From Eubacteriales bacterium (GTDB lineage Bacteria; Bacillota; Clostridia; Oscillospirales; CAG-382), in NCBI GenBank assembly GCA_045644305.1, contig JAZRGS010000044.1, positions 1-44,753 of the forward strand: a stretch of DNA of 44,753 nucleotides, written 5' to 3'. Numbering within the stretch: the first letter of the stretch is position 1; each line of letters starts with the position of its first letter. Positions 1-8,228 of the stretch are shown here, one piece after another. The position numbers and the translations under genes were made by a program. Under the pieces are notes generated by a model. It worked only from the letters and a program-made list of their open reading frames with translations. It had not been told where the DNA came from and made no database searches.

Positions 1-611
1 GCAAGCTCGGTTACGCTGATGGTGTCGGGAACGGTTATCTTAAGCTGAACGGGCTTGGGCTTCTGTGCCTGCTTCTGCTGTTGCTGCTGTCTGCTCTTGT
101 CGAAAGCCTTTTTGCCCTTCTGCTGATCTGCAAACTTGTTCTTTTTCTTGATTTTCTGCATGCTCGTGGTCGATTCGGGCACGACGTTGTCATAGCTCAA
201 AATCTTGTCGTCGTACTTCGAAAGGTCGACGTTCGAGGTGCCGCGCGTATCGACAACGCGCACTTCATCGCGGGAGCGCTTCTTTTGGGGCTGCTGGTTG
301 TTGCCCGACTGTGCCTTCTTCTTGCGCTTTTCTTCTTCAGCGGCGGCGCGAGCAGCTTCCGCAACCTTGCGTTCCTCTTCCTTCTTGGCGTTCTTTTTAT
401 CGTCGAATTCCTTGAAGAATGCGGTGATGTCTATCTGATTTTGCTGGGTGAGAGTTTCGAAAATGATCGAAAGCTCGGCCTCGTCAAGAACTGCCATGTG
501 AGTTCTTCCCGCGAAGCCTGCATTGTCGAGAATGGTGATAAGGTCCTTGCTTTTGATATCGAAATCCTTAGCAAGGGCGTTGATTCTGTATTTCTCACTC
601 GTTGTTGCCAT
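1..611 (-). CDS. infB: Translation initiation factor IF-2, N-terminal part (gene continues past the left edge of the window)
   Basis: The minus-strand frame is open from the window edge up to ATG at 611-609. It is absent from the ORF track because no stop lies inside the window. Translation reads MATTSEKYRINALAKDFDIKSKDLITILDNAGF..., then a K/E/A/Q-rich linker typical of IF-2 N-termini. It lies directly downstream of nusA-ylxR-ylxQ, as in the canonical operon. Confidence 0.85.
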   Translation of the reverse strand, partial: MATTSEKYRINALAKDFDIKSKDLITILDNAGFAGRTHMAVLDEAELSIIFETLTQQNQIDITAFFKEFDDKKNAKKEEERKVAEAARAAAEEEKRKKKAQSGNNQQPQKKRSRDEVRVVDTRGTSNVDLSKYDDKILSYDNVVPESTTSMQKIKKKNKFADQQKGKKAFDKSRQQQQQKQAQKPKPVQLKITVPDTISVTEL

Positions 612-638
612 ATGTTACATACCTCTTTTCTGGTCGGA

Positions 639-950
639 TCAATTTTCGCTCGACAGGCTTTTTTCGTAAGCCTTGATGAAGTTTGCGTCGGTAAAGGCTA
701 TTGCAGCGGTGTTGCTGTGACCGACCGCTCTGCCGAGCTCCTGTGCGGTTATATCGATTTGTTCGGCGTTGACCGAATAATATTTGGTTTTGTCAAAAAG
801 CGATTTCTTGGTATTGTCGGAAACGTCGGATGCGATAAGCACAAGCTTTGCCTTATTACCGCGAACCGCCTCGAGCACGTTGTTCGTGCCGATGACAATT
901 CCTCTTGCTCTTGCCGCAAGCCCGATAACCCCTAATGTTCTTTTTTCCAC
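639..950 (-). CDS. ylxQ: L7Ae/YlxQ-family RNA-binding protein
   Basis: The sequence GVIGLAARARGIVIGTNNVLEAVRGNKAKLVLIASDVS matches the L7Ae-like YlxQ pattern, and the gene sits in the conserved position between ylxR and infB. The track start (GTG 959) overlaps the AAGGAG Shine-Dalgarno at 964-959. GTG at 950 has 8-nt spacing and is preferred. Confidence 0.8.
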   Translation of the reverse strand: MEKRTLGVIGLAARARGIVIGTNNVLEAVRGNKAKLVLIASDVSDNTKKSLFDKTKYYSVNAEQIDITAQELGRAVGHSNTAAIAFTDANFIKAYEKSLSSEN

Positions 951-966
951 GGTTATCACTCCTTAA

Positions 967-1233
967 TTAAAGGCTTTCAAGAGTTGAACGGAGATTTGAA
1001 TAAATTTCGTCGGGAATCTTGCATTTGAAGGCGCGCTCTAAGCGCTTTGCCTTAACCGATGCATCGAAGCAATCGATGCATTTGCATATATAGGCGCCCC
1101 TGCCTGCCATTTTTCCGACAGGGTCGATGCTTATATCGCCTTCCTTGTTGCGAACGATTCGGATCAGCTCTTTTTTGTCCTTCATTTCGTTGCAGCCGAT
1201 GCATTTACGCAAGGGTGTCTTTTTTTCAGTCAA
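967..1233 (-). CDS. ylxR: YlxR/DUF448 family RNA-binding protein
   Basis: The RKCIGCN...ELIRIV...D..GK..GRGAYIC motif is present. TTG start at 1233 follows GGAGGT with 8-nt spacing. The gene lies between nusA and ylxQ. Confidence 0.85.
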   Translation of the reverse strand: MTEKKTPLRKCIGCNEMKDKKELIRIVRNKEGDISIDPVGKMAGRGAYICKCIDCFDASVKAKRLERAFKCKIPDEIYSNLRSTLESL

Positions 1234-1251
1234 GGTGTTGTACCTCCGAAA

Positions 1252-2301
1252 TTATTCCTCGGAAATACTGCGATTGCTCTTGATATCGATCTTAAAGCCG
1301 GTGAGCTTAGCAGCAAGTCTTGCGTTCTGACCTTCCTTACCGATCGCGAGAGAAAGCTGATCGTCGGCAACGGTTACACGGTAGGATCTGTCGGAATCGG
1401 GAAGCTTAACGACCGATTCAACGGTAGCGGGAGCAAGGGACGCGCTGATGAAGGCTTCGGTATCCTCGCTGTAAGGGATGATGTCGAGCTTTTCGCCGAA
1501 AAGCTCTGCCGCGATGTTGTTCTTTCTTGCGCCCTTGGGACCGATGCAGGCACCGATAGCGTCGACGCGTTCGTCGTTCGAAACAACAGCAAGCTTGGTA
1601 CGGCTGCCTGCTTCGCGAGCGATTCTCTTGATTTCGACGATGCCGTCCTTGATTTCGGGAACCTCAAGCTCGAAGAGGCGTTCTACGAGACCGGGGTGAA
1701 TACGAGAAAGCACGATGCTGGGGCCGCGAGCTTCCTTTTTGATTTCGGTGATGAATACCTTGATTCTGTCGCCGACCTGAAGGGTTTCGCCGGGGATCTG
1801 CTCGTTACGGAAGAGCACCATTTCGTTCTTGCCGATTTCGAGAGTAGCGTTTGCGGTGGTCGGGTCAACGCGGACAACGACTGCGGATACGATTTCTTCC
1901 TTCTTTTCCTCGTATTCGCGGATCATATTTCCGCGTTCAGCCTCGCGGATACCCTGAATGATAACCTGCTTAGCTGCCTGAGCGGCGATTCTGCCGAAGT
2001 TTTTAGTCTTAAGCTCGATTTCAAAAACGTCGCCGAGCTTGTATCTTTTGGATTTGAGATGAGCGTCGTCGAGCGAGATTTCGGTTGCTTCGTCAATGAC
2101 CTCTTCAACAACGGTGAGCTGCTTGTAAAGCTTAACGTCCTGCTTAACGGGATCAAGCTTAACTCTTGCATTTTCGTTACCTGCGTTTTCCTTGCGGAAT
2201 GCAGAAAGCAATGCAGCCTCGATCTTTTCGATCATATAATCCTTGGATATGCCTTTTTCCTTTTCGAGCACGTTAAGCGCTTCGAACAGTTCCTTATTCA
2301 T
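1252..2301 (-). CDS. nusA: Transcription termination/antitermination factor NusA
   Basis: MNKELFEALNVLEKEKGISKDYMIEKIEAAL is a NusA N-terminus. An S1-like region and two KH GxxG motifs (IGPKGAR, IGKEGQNARLAAKLTG) follow. The true start is the internal ATG at 2301; the K/R-rich 18-aa extension in the track overlaps rimP. Confidence 0.95.
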   Translation of the reverse strand: MNKELFEALNVLEKEKGISKDYMIEKIEAALLSAFRKENAGNENARVKLDPVKQDVKLYKQLTVVEEVIDEATEISLDDAHLKSKRYKLGDVFEIELKTKNFGRIAAQAAKQVIIQGIREAERGNMIREYEEKKEEIVSAVVVRVDPTTANATLEIGKNEMVLFRNEQIPGETLQVGDRIKVFITEIKKEARGPSIVLSRIHPGLVERLFELEVPEIKDGIVEIKRIAREAGSRTKLAVVSNDERVDAIGACIGPKGARKNNIAAELFGEKLDIIPYSEDTEAFISASLAPATVESVVKLPDSDRSYRVTVADDQLSLAIGKEGQNARLAAKLTGFKIDIKSNRSISEE

Positions 2302-2809
2302 CTTCTTTCTCCTCTTTTTCTTCTTCGGACTCGATTTGTGTTTCGATTTCCGCATTTATCTTTGCAATTTGTTTCTTGGTGAATTCCTTCTTTTCGCCCT
2401 CGATATCGAGCACGACGGTTTCGCCGTCGAAGGATTCGATAATGCCTGTATATTCCTTTTTACCGTCGATTGCGACGTAAAGACCTAAGGTGGTGATGCA
2501 CTTGTTATCGCATACGAATTTAATGTGCTCGTCGCGGCTCAATGCGCGAACCGTGCCCGCAGATGCGACCTGAAGGCAATAGCTTTCCTCGATAGGATCC
2601 AATTCGTCGATAACCGGCTCGATAAGCCTTGTTACCTCGGAGCAGTCGTTGATCGAAATACCGCCCGCCTTATCGATGGAAATTTCAAGAATCATTTCGG
2701 GACCTTCTTTGTAATATGCAACGTCCCAAAGCGAATAGCCCGCATCGGTGATGAGGCCTTCAACCGCGTTTCTTACCTTTGACGCGATGTTGGTTTTTCT
2801 GTCCGCCAT
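2294..2809 (-). CDS. rimP: Ribosome maturation factor RimP (with acidic C-terminal tail)
   Basis: The gene sits immediately upstream of nusA with an 8-nt overlap, has RimP-like length and contains the SLWDV...ILEISID pattern. ATG at 2809 follows GGAGG (2818-2814). Confidence 0.85.
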   Translation of the reverse strand: MADRKTNIASKVRNAVEGLITDAGYSLWDVAYYKEGPEMILEISIDKAGGISINDCSEVTRLIEPVIDELDPIEESYCLQVASAGTVRALSRDEHIKFVCDNKCITTLGLYVAIDGKKEYTGIIESFDGETVVLDIEGEKKEFTKKQIAKINAEIETQIESEEEKEEKEDE

Positions 2810-2828
2810 AAATCCTCCAATCAAGACT

Positions 2829-2854
2829 CAAGAGAGGGCTTGCACCCTCTCTTG
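2829..2854 (-). promoter_or_regulatory. 10-bp stem-loop in the rimP-nusA-infB 5' leader (possible attenuator)
   Basis: CAAGAGAGGG-6 nt-CCCTCTCTTG is a perfect inverted repeat. It lies between the predicted promoter (2881-2909) and the rimP Shine-Dalgarno. On the RNA it is followed by AGUCUUGAUU, an interrupted U-tract. Confidence 0.5.
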
Positions 2855-2880
2855 ATAACTTTACTGTTCTTTATGGAATT

Positions 2881-2909
2881 ATTATACCACAGCCGTTTGG
2901 ATTTTACAA
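2881..2909 (-). promoter_or_regulatory. Sigma-A type promoter of the rimP-nusA-infB operon
   Basis: The minus strand reads TTGTAA-17 nt-TATAAT, with TG one base upstream of the -10 (extended -10). Confidence 0.6.
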
Positions 2910-2930
2910 TAGTTTTTCGAAAATTCCTTG

Positions 2931-3704
2931 TCATTTTTCGCTTGATTGCATGTACTTTTCGGCTTTTTCCCAATCGACAAACAGCATCTTTTGCTTTTTG
3001 CCCTTTGAATTTGCGATAGCACGTTCCGATATAACGTCATTTTCCATAAGTCGCTTCATAGCAGTTGTGATCTTCTGCTTAGATGCGTTGCGGTTCTTTT
3101 TGACCGCTGTGTCTATCGCTTCGTTTAGCGTCGGCTGCTTTGCGGTTTTAAGATAATCGAAAATGGTTTTGTAAAAGGAACCGTTAATATCTTGCTCGGT
3201 CGGGAGAATGTGGAAGCTGTTTGCGGTTTCGCGAAGCTGCTTTGAGAACGAGCCGTTGACTCCGTAAATAACTACCTGCTTATGGTAGAAATTCTTTAAA
3301 AAAGAGGTGACCGAGGAGAAGTGACCGTCGCCCGAGAACAGTATGAAAACGTCGATGTCGTCACTTGAAAGCGCCTTTTGGTACATATTATCGAGAATGA
3401 TAAAATCGGTGAAATCCTTTTGAACGCCGTTGGGCGAGCGTGTGTCGATTATCTTGTTGGAAAACAGGCGGATGCGCCCGATTTCGTCGGCAAGACTTTT
3501 GTGCGAGAAATCCGCGAAGAAATTGACCTCGACAAGGTTGTATTTGGAATTAAGCTCCTCGAACCATGCCTTGATGTTGGGACTCAAGCCGTAATTTGCC
3601 TTGAGCGAGATATACCAATGCTCGTAATCTACAAACGCGGCTGCCTTCGGAAGCGTCGGCTGAGTAGGAGATTCCTTTGCGGGTTCTTTTCTGAACAGAC
3701 CCAG
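2931..3704 (-). CDS. NYN (LabA-like) domain protein with a C-terminal winged-helix/OST-HTH-like region; probable non-canonical (CTG) start
   Basis: The track ORF (2931-3587) starts at an internal TTG. The same frame stays open upstream and encodes KAAAFVDYEHWYISL, the NYN N-terminal Asp motif, so the gene must start upstream. FILFSGDGHF is the central NYN motif. GGAGG (3716-3712) is followed 7 nt later by in-frame CTG at 3704 (ATA at 3710 is too close). No in-frame ATG/GTG/TTG exists before the upstream stop. Confidence 0.7.
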   Translation of the reverse strand: MGLFRKEPAKESPTQPTLPKAAAFVDYEHWYISLKANYGLSPNIKAWFEELNSKYNLVEVNFFADFSHKSLADEIGRIRLFSNKIIDTRSPNGVQKDFTDFIILDNMYQKALSSDDIDVFILFSGDGHFSSVTSFLKNFYHKQVVIYGVNGSFSKQLRETANSFHILPTEQDINGSFYKTIFDYLKTAKQPTLNEAIDTAVKKNRNASKQKITTAMKRLMENDVISERAIANSKGKKQKMLFVDWEKAEKYMQSSEK

Positions 3705-3736
3705 AAATATGCCTCCTTTCTTTAAATAATGTAATA

Positions 3737-3765
3737 ATTATACACTTTTTCGGCATTTCTGTCAA
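3737..3765 (-). promoter_or_regulatory. Consensus sigma-A promoter for the NYN gene
   Basis: The minus strand reads TTGACA-17 nt-TATAAT, a perfect match to both hexamers. The -35 overlaps the sigE stop codon. Confidence 0.65.
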
Positions 3766-4475
3766 TAGCTTTGCTTTGTCAGCTCTTCCTTCAGTTGAAG
3801 TATAATCTTCTTTTCAAGACGCGAAATATAGCTTTGCGAAATGCCCAACATGTCGGCTACCTCCTTTTGGGTAAGCTCGTTTCCGCCTCGGTCGATGCCG
3901 TATCGAAGCGTTATTATCTGTCTGTCGCGCTGATTAAGCGAGTTTATCGCATTGCGGATAAGCCTTTTGTCCTCGCTTTCCTCCAAGCTTTTGTAGACAA
4001 AATCGTTTTCGGTGCCCAGCACGTCGCTTAAAAGCAGCTCGTTACCGTCGTAATCGATATTTAGCGGCTCGTCGAGCGACAGTTCGTTTTTACTGCCCGT
4101 ATTTTTGCGCAAAAACATCAGTATTTCATTTTCGATGCATCGCGAGGCGTAGGTTGCCAGCTTGATTTGCTTGTCGCTTTTAAAGGTATTGATCGCCTTG
4201 ATAAGTCCTATCGTTCCGATCGAAATAAGGTCCTCTATGCCCGCGGACGAGCTTTCGAATTTTCGCGAAATGTAGGCGACAAGGCGAAGGTTATGCTCGA
4301 TAAGCGTCTTTTTTGCATTTTCGTCATAATGAAAACGCGCTATCAATTCGTTTTCCTCCTCGGGCGATAGGGGCGGGGGCAATGTTTGAGGGCCGTTTAT
4401 GTAAAACAATTCGTCGTTTAAGCCTAAAATGTCCTGTAAAAGCTTTAACAGCCTCGGCATCTTTTTGGTTTTCAT
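3762..4475 (-). CDS. sigE: Sporulation sigma factor SigE (pro-sigma-E)
   Basis: The protein aligns closely by eye with B. subtilis pro-sigma-E (ALPPPLS..., [77 protein letters not shown]). It lies immediately downstream of spoIIGA. Confidence 0.93.
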   Translation of the reverse strand: MKTKKMPRLLKLLQDILGLNDELFYINGPQTLPPPLSPEEENELIARFHYDENAKKTLIEHNLRLVAYISRKFESSSAGIEDLISIGTIGLIKAINTFKSDKQIKLATYASRCIENEILMFLRKNTGSKNELSLDEPLNIDYDGNELLLSDVLGTENDFVYKSLEESEDKRLIRNAINSLNQRDRQIITLRYGIDRGGNELTQKEVADMLGISQSYISRLEKKIILQLKEELTKQSY

Positions 4476-4491
4476 AAGATATCCTTTCTTA

Positions 4492-5304
4492 TTATATTAA
4501 AATAGTAGGCATTATACCGTCGTATCCCGAAAAGCTTTTGTTTTCGGTGTCAATGGCAAGGTATGCGTCAACACTTTTCGGCTTCTTCGCAAGCTCAAGG
4601 ATTTCGATTTTATCGGGCCGAAATGCGAGATAACAGCAGCTGCCACGCGCGGTTACGCAGGGGACGGCGCGCAGGTTAAGCGGAAAGGCTTCGCTTTCGG
4701 GCGAATCAAACGGCGAAGGGAGACAGGTGGACGAGACGATGATGACGGGTAAAGCCGAAAAGGGCTCGGTTACGAGGTTTCCGCTGTCGCAAAGCAGGCT
4801 TGCGTTTATAACGTTGCCGCAAATCGAAAATCTTACGCGCACCGATTTGACGCTTATGCTTTTTCGCGAGATGAGTCCGAACGACATCGCAATCAACGCC
4901 GAAAGTATCAGAATCAAGAGGAACGAATAGGGGTTTGCATCGAGGTAAACACCTATATTATATCCTCCGATAAGGCTGTAAAGCGAGGTTATTAATCCCC
5001 CCATCAAAGCCGATGCGGTTATAAAGCATAAAAGCGTTTTTACGAATTTATCCCGACCGACGAATGCGATCATACAGATTACCAAAGCCGAAAGAAGGTG
5101 CATGGGGAGGGAAAAATACACCTTCATTTCGGCAAGGTAGGGGATAAATGCATAAAGTCCGCCAAAGCTTGACGCGAATATAAGCCTTAAGGACGTGGTT
5201 TTGCGGTTAAGAATTCGCGCGGTGATGAAAAGGCAGAGAAAATCGAGCGAAAAATTCAACAAAAACAAAACGTCGGAATAAATCACCGTCGCTTCGGCAT
5301 ACAT
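4492..5304 (-). CDS. spoIIGA: Sigma-E processing aspartic peptidase SpoIIGA
   Basis: The N-terminal half is polytopic membrane. The C-terminal domain carries the DSGN motif ([12 protein letters not shown]). It is adjacent to sigE, and AAGGAG lies 8 nt before the ATG. Confidence 0.9.
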   Translation of the reverse strand: MYAEATVIYSDVLFLLNFSLDFLCLFITARILNRKTTSLRLIFASSFGGLYAFIPYLAEMKVYFSLPMHLLSALVICMIAFVGRDKFVKTLLCFITASALMGGLITSLYSLIGGYNIGVYLDANPYSFLLILILSALIAMSFGLISRKSISVKSVRVRFSICGNVINASLLCDSGNLVTEPFSALPVIIVSSTCLPSPFDSPESEAFPLNLRAVPCVTARGSCCYLAFRPDKIEILELAKKPKSVDAYLAIDTENKSFSGYDGIMPTILI

Positions 5305-5347
5305 AAAAACACTCCTTTGGGCGAGTTATCATTTTGATGTACGGTTT

Positions 5348-5383
5348 ATTATAAACAATTGCGCATGGGAAATTTTGTCGTAA
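5348..5383 (-). promoter_or_regulatory. spoIIG-type promoter: TATAAT with a Spo0A-box-like element 22 bp upstream
   Basis: The minus strand reads TACGACA (one mismatch to the 0A box TTCGACA)-22 nt-TATAAT. There is no -35 at 17-bp spacing. This mirrors the known 22-bp-spaced, Spo0A-activated spoIIG promoter of B. subtilis. Confidence 0.4.
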
Positions 5384-5405
5384 GTCATACGGGAGTGAAG
5401 GAATT

Positions 5406-5585
5406 TTGAAAAAACCTTTTGTTTCTTTGAAGGGTAGGGGCGATTTGCTTCGTCTTTTGCTTTGCGTCGCGATGCTCGGTTTTTCGATGTCGCTGTTTTT
5501 CGTCGAGCGCGAGGCAGCCGTTTTCGCGTCGGGCTCTAGTGAGGGTGTTCGCGGCTTATTCAACCTCGTAAGCGGTTGGCTATGA
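5406..5585 (+). CDS. Small (59 aa) hypothetical membrane protein, translationally coupled to the M50 protease gene
   Basis: It is not in the ORF track. TTG start at 5406 follows GGAGTGAAGGA. Translation reads MKKPFVSLKGRGDLLRLLLCVAMLGFSMSLFFVEREAAVF..., with one hydrophobic helix. The stop TGA overlaps the next ATG (ATGA at 5582-5585). Confidence 0.45.
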   Translation: MKKPFVSLKGRGDLLRLLLCVAMLGFSMSLFFVEREAAVFASGSSEGVRGLFNLVSGWL

Positions 5586-6166
5586 GCTATATAATTTTCC
5601 CGAAGCTGCGAACGCGACTTTCGATTTTTGCGCTTCCCGCGCTGGCGCTGATGCTTTGGCTTGAGGGGGCAAGCGCGTTTATTATCCTGCTTGCGTCTGC
5701 GATATTGCACGAAATCGGGCACATACTCGCAATAGGCTTTTGCGGCTACCGCGTGCGAAGGATCGACGTTCTGCCGATGGGGGCGATAATAGTTGTACCC
5801 GAGGGGATTCCCGATTTTTATGAATTCGTCATAGCTGTTTCGGGCCCCGCCGTTTCGGTCGCTTGCGGATTTTTGGGGCTTGCGATTTTCTTAATCACAA
5901 ATTCGGTGTGGGCGTTATTTTTTGCTTTTGTGAATTTGATTTTAGGCTTTTTTAATCTTATGCCGATTACAAAGCTCGACGGGGGGAAGGCACTTTTGAG
6001 CCTTTTGCGCCACAAAAACATAAAAAACGCAGACAGAATTTCTGCCTGCGTGTCGAAAATAGGATTCTCTTTAATTGTCTTTCTTTTGACCCTTTGCTTT
6101 GTTCTTTCAAATTGCAATTTGGGTGTGTTGATTCTCTGCTTAGCGCTTGCCTTGCAGTTGGCTTGA
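5582..6166 (+). CDS. Site-2 protease family (M50) membrane metalloprotease, SpoIVFB-like but lacking a CBS domain
   Basis: The HEIGH zinc motif sits in a TM helix, and NLMPITKLDGG is the conserved second motif. The protein is about 194 aa and entirely hydrophobic. The gene is divergent from spoIIGA. Confidence 0.8.
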   Translation: MSYIIFPKLRTRLSIFALPALALMLWLEGASAFIILLASAILHEIGHILAIGFCGYRVRRIDVLPMGAIIVVPEGIPDFYEFVIAVSGPAVSVACGFLGLAIFLITNSVWALFFAFVNLILGFFNLMPITKLDGGKALLSLLRHKNIKNADRISACVSKIGFSLIVFLLTLCFVLSNCNLGVLILCLALALQLA

Positions 6167-6175
6167 AAATATAAC

Positions 6176-6204
6176 AAAAAAGGGAGCTGTCTGCTCCCTT
6201 TTTA
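6176..6204. terminator. Bidirectional intrinsic terminator between convergent genes
   Basis: AAAAA-AGGGAGC-tgtct-GCTCCCT-TTTT: a 7-bp GC-rich stem flanked by an A-run and a T-run. Confidence 0.7.
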
Positions 6205-6212
6205 TGCTTTTA

Positions 6213-8117
6213 TTATTCTTCGGTTCTTGCTGCGCTTACAGCATCTTCGTTGGCATTGATCTTGCGCCAATTCTTGAGCTGAACTTCGTCGAAGTCAACA
6301 TAACCGAACCAGCTGTCTGCCTTGAAGCCGGAAATCTTGTTGCTGGAAACGTAGTTTCTGCTATACCAGAATACCATGGTTGCGGGGCAATCCTTAACGA
6401 GCATTTCTTCTGCTTCGTGAAGCTTTGCAGCGCGTTCTGCACGGTCGCCGCAGACAAGTGCTGCGTCGATGAGTGCGCTGTAATCAGCGTTGTCGTAGTT
6501 GGTATAGTGGAGGCTGAATACTTCCTGAACGTCGGTGGTGTCGTTATTGATAACTGCGCCGGTGCCGCTGTATTCCTTAGCGTAAGGAGCGAGGTATGCA
6601 AAAGCGTCGGCAGAGCCGTAAACGATGTTGGTACCGATGATGTCGTAGCTTCTTTCCTTAAGTGCCTTGAGATAATCGTCGGTGTGGAGACCTACCAATT
6701 CGATATCGAATCCGAGAGCCTTCCAGCTTTCAGCCGCTGCCTTAGCAACGTTTTCGTAAACGTTTACGTAGTTTACGTATCTCTTTGCGAACTTATAGGT
6801 ATCTGCGTTCTGCGGGATAAGATAGGTAAGAGTGAGCTTGCCCTTCTTCTTGCCGCTGAGAAGCGATTTAGCTTCATCTACGTTTGCGGAGGTGCTGTAA
6901 AGTGCGCCGCCTTCTTCACGGAAATCGTCTTTTCTGTTGGTGTTGAATACGCCGTTGGGAACCATGCCGGTTGCGGCTACTTCACCGGTGCCGAGCATTT
7001 CGGTGATAGCGGTTCTGTCAAGTGCGAGAGAAAGCGCGTTACGAACGTCTGCGTCTGCAAGAATTTCGTTAGCGTTGTTGAAATAGAAGCCGAAGCCGTT
7101 AAGCGTCTGCTGAGACTTGATCTTCTTTCCGTAGTAATCGTAGGTCTGCTTTTCAAAGTCGCCCAAGTAGAAGATTTCGTCGTTGTTGAAGAGATCTGCC
7201 TGGAAAACCTCCTGAGTGGGAGCCGATTCGTAGTTGTAGTATTCGTGCTGACCCTCGAGGTAGTAGCAGGTGATACGATAGGGAAGAACGTACTTGTCAA
7301 GCTTATCCTTTTCGGCATCACGCATATAGTAGGTGTTACGTTCGAGTACGAGCTTGCAGGTGTAGTTGGTGTTACCGGTATCGGAGTCCTTCTTGGGACG
7401 AGGCATATCCATTGCCTGAACACGGAAGGGGCCGTTACATACGATACTTGCAGCGTCGCTCGACCAGTCTTCACCGAGCTTTTCGTAACGGGTTACGATA
7501 TCTTCGCGCTGGGGAACGAGGTGAACGTTTGCAACCTGTTCTGCGAAGAGCTCGCAGTATGCTTCAGCAGCCTTCTGGTCAGCTTCTTCGTAGCCGAAAA
7601 GACCTTCTTCGAAGGTGATTTCGAGGAGGGTATCGTCTGCCGCAGCGAGTCCGAGGTCGTCGATGGTGTTAACGCCGGATTTAACGGATCTTGCGCCTTC
7701 GATGCAGTAAAGAATCGAAGCGTAGGGACTGTCGATTTCGGGAGAAAGGATTCTTCTCCAAGCGTAGATAACGTCGTCAGCACTAACTGCACGGTTATCG
7801 CTCCACTTGGTTTCCTTAAGCTCGAAATACATTCTGTGCTTACGGAAAATTTCGTCGTAATCGTAATACCACTCGGTTGCGAGAGCAGGCTGAACCTTGC
7901 CGTTTTCATCGATAGTGGTAAGCGGTTCGTAAATCATGGAAAGTATCTGTTCGACGTCGCTGTTGAGCTGAACTACCGCAGGGTCTAAGGTATAGGGGTA
8001 GTCGCCGAGATACATACGGATGTGTGCGCCCTTTTCGTCTTCCTTCAAGCGTCCGCAACCTGCAAGAGTGCCGACACAGAACAATACGCAGAGCAAGAGA
8101 CAAAGTAATTTTTTCAT
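6213..8117 (-). CDS. ABC-transporter substrate-binding lipoprotein, family 5 (peptide/nickel/oligosaccharide type), orphan
   Basis: MKKLLCLLLCVLFCVGTLAGC is a signal peptide plus lipobox. DPAVVQ...IYEPLTTIDENGKVQPALATEW and W.DN..V.A.DV.YAW are typical of SBP family 5. The start is taken at ATG 8117, after GGAGGT. No permease or ATPase genes are nearby. Confidence 0.85.
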   Translation of the reverse strand: MKKLLCLLLCVLFCVGTLAGCGRLKEDEKGAHIRMYLGDYPYTLDPAVVQLNSDVEQILSMIYEPLTTIDENGKVQPALATEWYYDYDEIFRKHRMYFELKETKWSDNRAVSADDVIYAWRRILSPEIDSPYASILYCIEGARSVKSGVNTIDDLGLAAADDTLLEITFEEGLFGYEEADQKAAEAYCELFAEQVANVHLVPQREDIVTRYEKLGEDWSSDAASIVCNGPFRVQAMDMPRPKKDSDTGNTNYTCKLVLERNTYYMRDAEKDKLDKYVLPYRITCYYLEGQHEYYNYESAPTQEVFQADLFNNDEIFYLGDFEKQTYDYYGKKIKSQQTLNGFGFYFNNANEILADADVRNALSLALDRTAITEMLGTGEVAATGMVPNGVFNTNRKDDFREEGGALYSTSANVDEAKSLLSGKKKGKLTLTYLIPQNADTYKFAKRYVNYVNVYENVAKAAAESWKALGFDIELVGLHTDDYLKALKERSYDIIGTNIVYGSADAFAYLAPYAKEYSGTGAVINNDTTDVQEVFSLHYTNYDNADYSALIDAALVCGDRAERAAKLHEAEEMLVKDCPATMVFWYSRNYVSSNKISGFKADSWFGYVDFDEVQLKNWRKINANEDAVSAARTEE

Positions 8118-8158
8118 AGTGACCTCCGGACATAAAGTTCCAGCATTAGTTACCATTG

Positions 8159-8187
8159 ATTATAACACCTAATCGTCAAATAATCAA
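8159..8187 (-). promoter_or_regulatory. Sigma-A promoter of the family-5 SBP gene
   Basis: The minus strand reads TTGATT-17 nt-TATAAT with an upstream TG (extended -10). Confidence 0.55.
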
Positions 8188-8200
8188 GTGTGATTTCGCT

Positions 8201-8228
8201 ATTTGTATGAATTCACAAATTTGTATGA
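8201..8228. repeat. Two direct ATTTGTATGA repeats (18-bp period) just upstream of the SBP promoter -35
   Basis: ATTTGTATGA occurs at 8201-8210 and 8219-8228. A degenerate third copy (AAATTGTGCA) lies at 8232-8241. Confidence 0.5.

Noticed and set aside
3550-3765. 71-aa minus-strand ORF (MTEMPKK...) upstream of the NYN ORF.
   Set aside because: It is out of frame with the conserved NYN N-terminal motif. Its ATG lies inside the promoter -35 / sigE stop, and it has no Shine-Dalgarno. It was considered only as evidence for a frameshift; the in-frame extension of the NYN ORF is the better reading.
3762-4475. Alternative identity of the sigma factor as SigK or SigG.
   Set aside because: It has an N-terminal pro-sequence, an immediately upstream spoIIGA and near-colinear similarity to B. 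subtilis pro-sigma-E. These point to SigE.
5207-5722. 171-aa K/R-rich minus-strand ORF bridging spoIIGA and the M50 gene.
   Set aside because: It overlaps the 5' end of spoIIGA, the divergent promoter region and the M50 gene. Its composition is low-complexity basic, with no start context.
6147-7988. 613-aa plus-strand ORF antisense to the family-5 SBP gene.
   Set aside because: It lies in exactly the codon-complement phase of the real minus-strand gene (6213-6147 is a multiple of 3). It has no Shine-Dalgarno or recognisable motifs, and its V/F/G/A/C-rich composition is typical of a shadow ORF. The real genes avoid TTA/CTA/TCA codons, which keeps the complementary frame free of stops.
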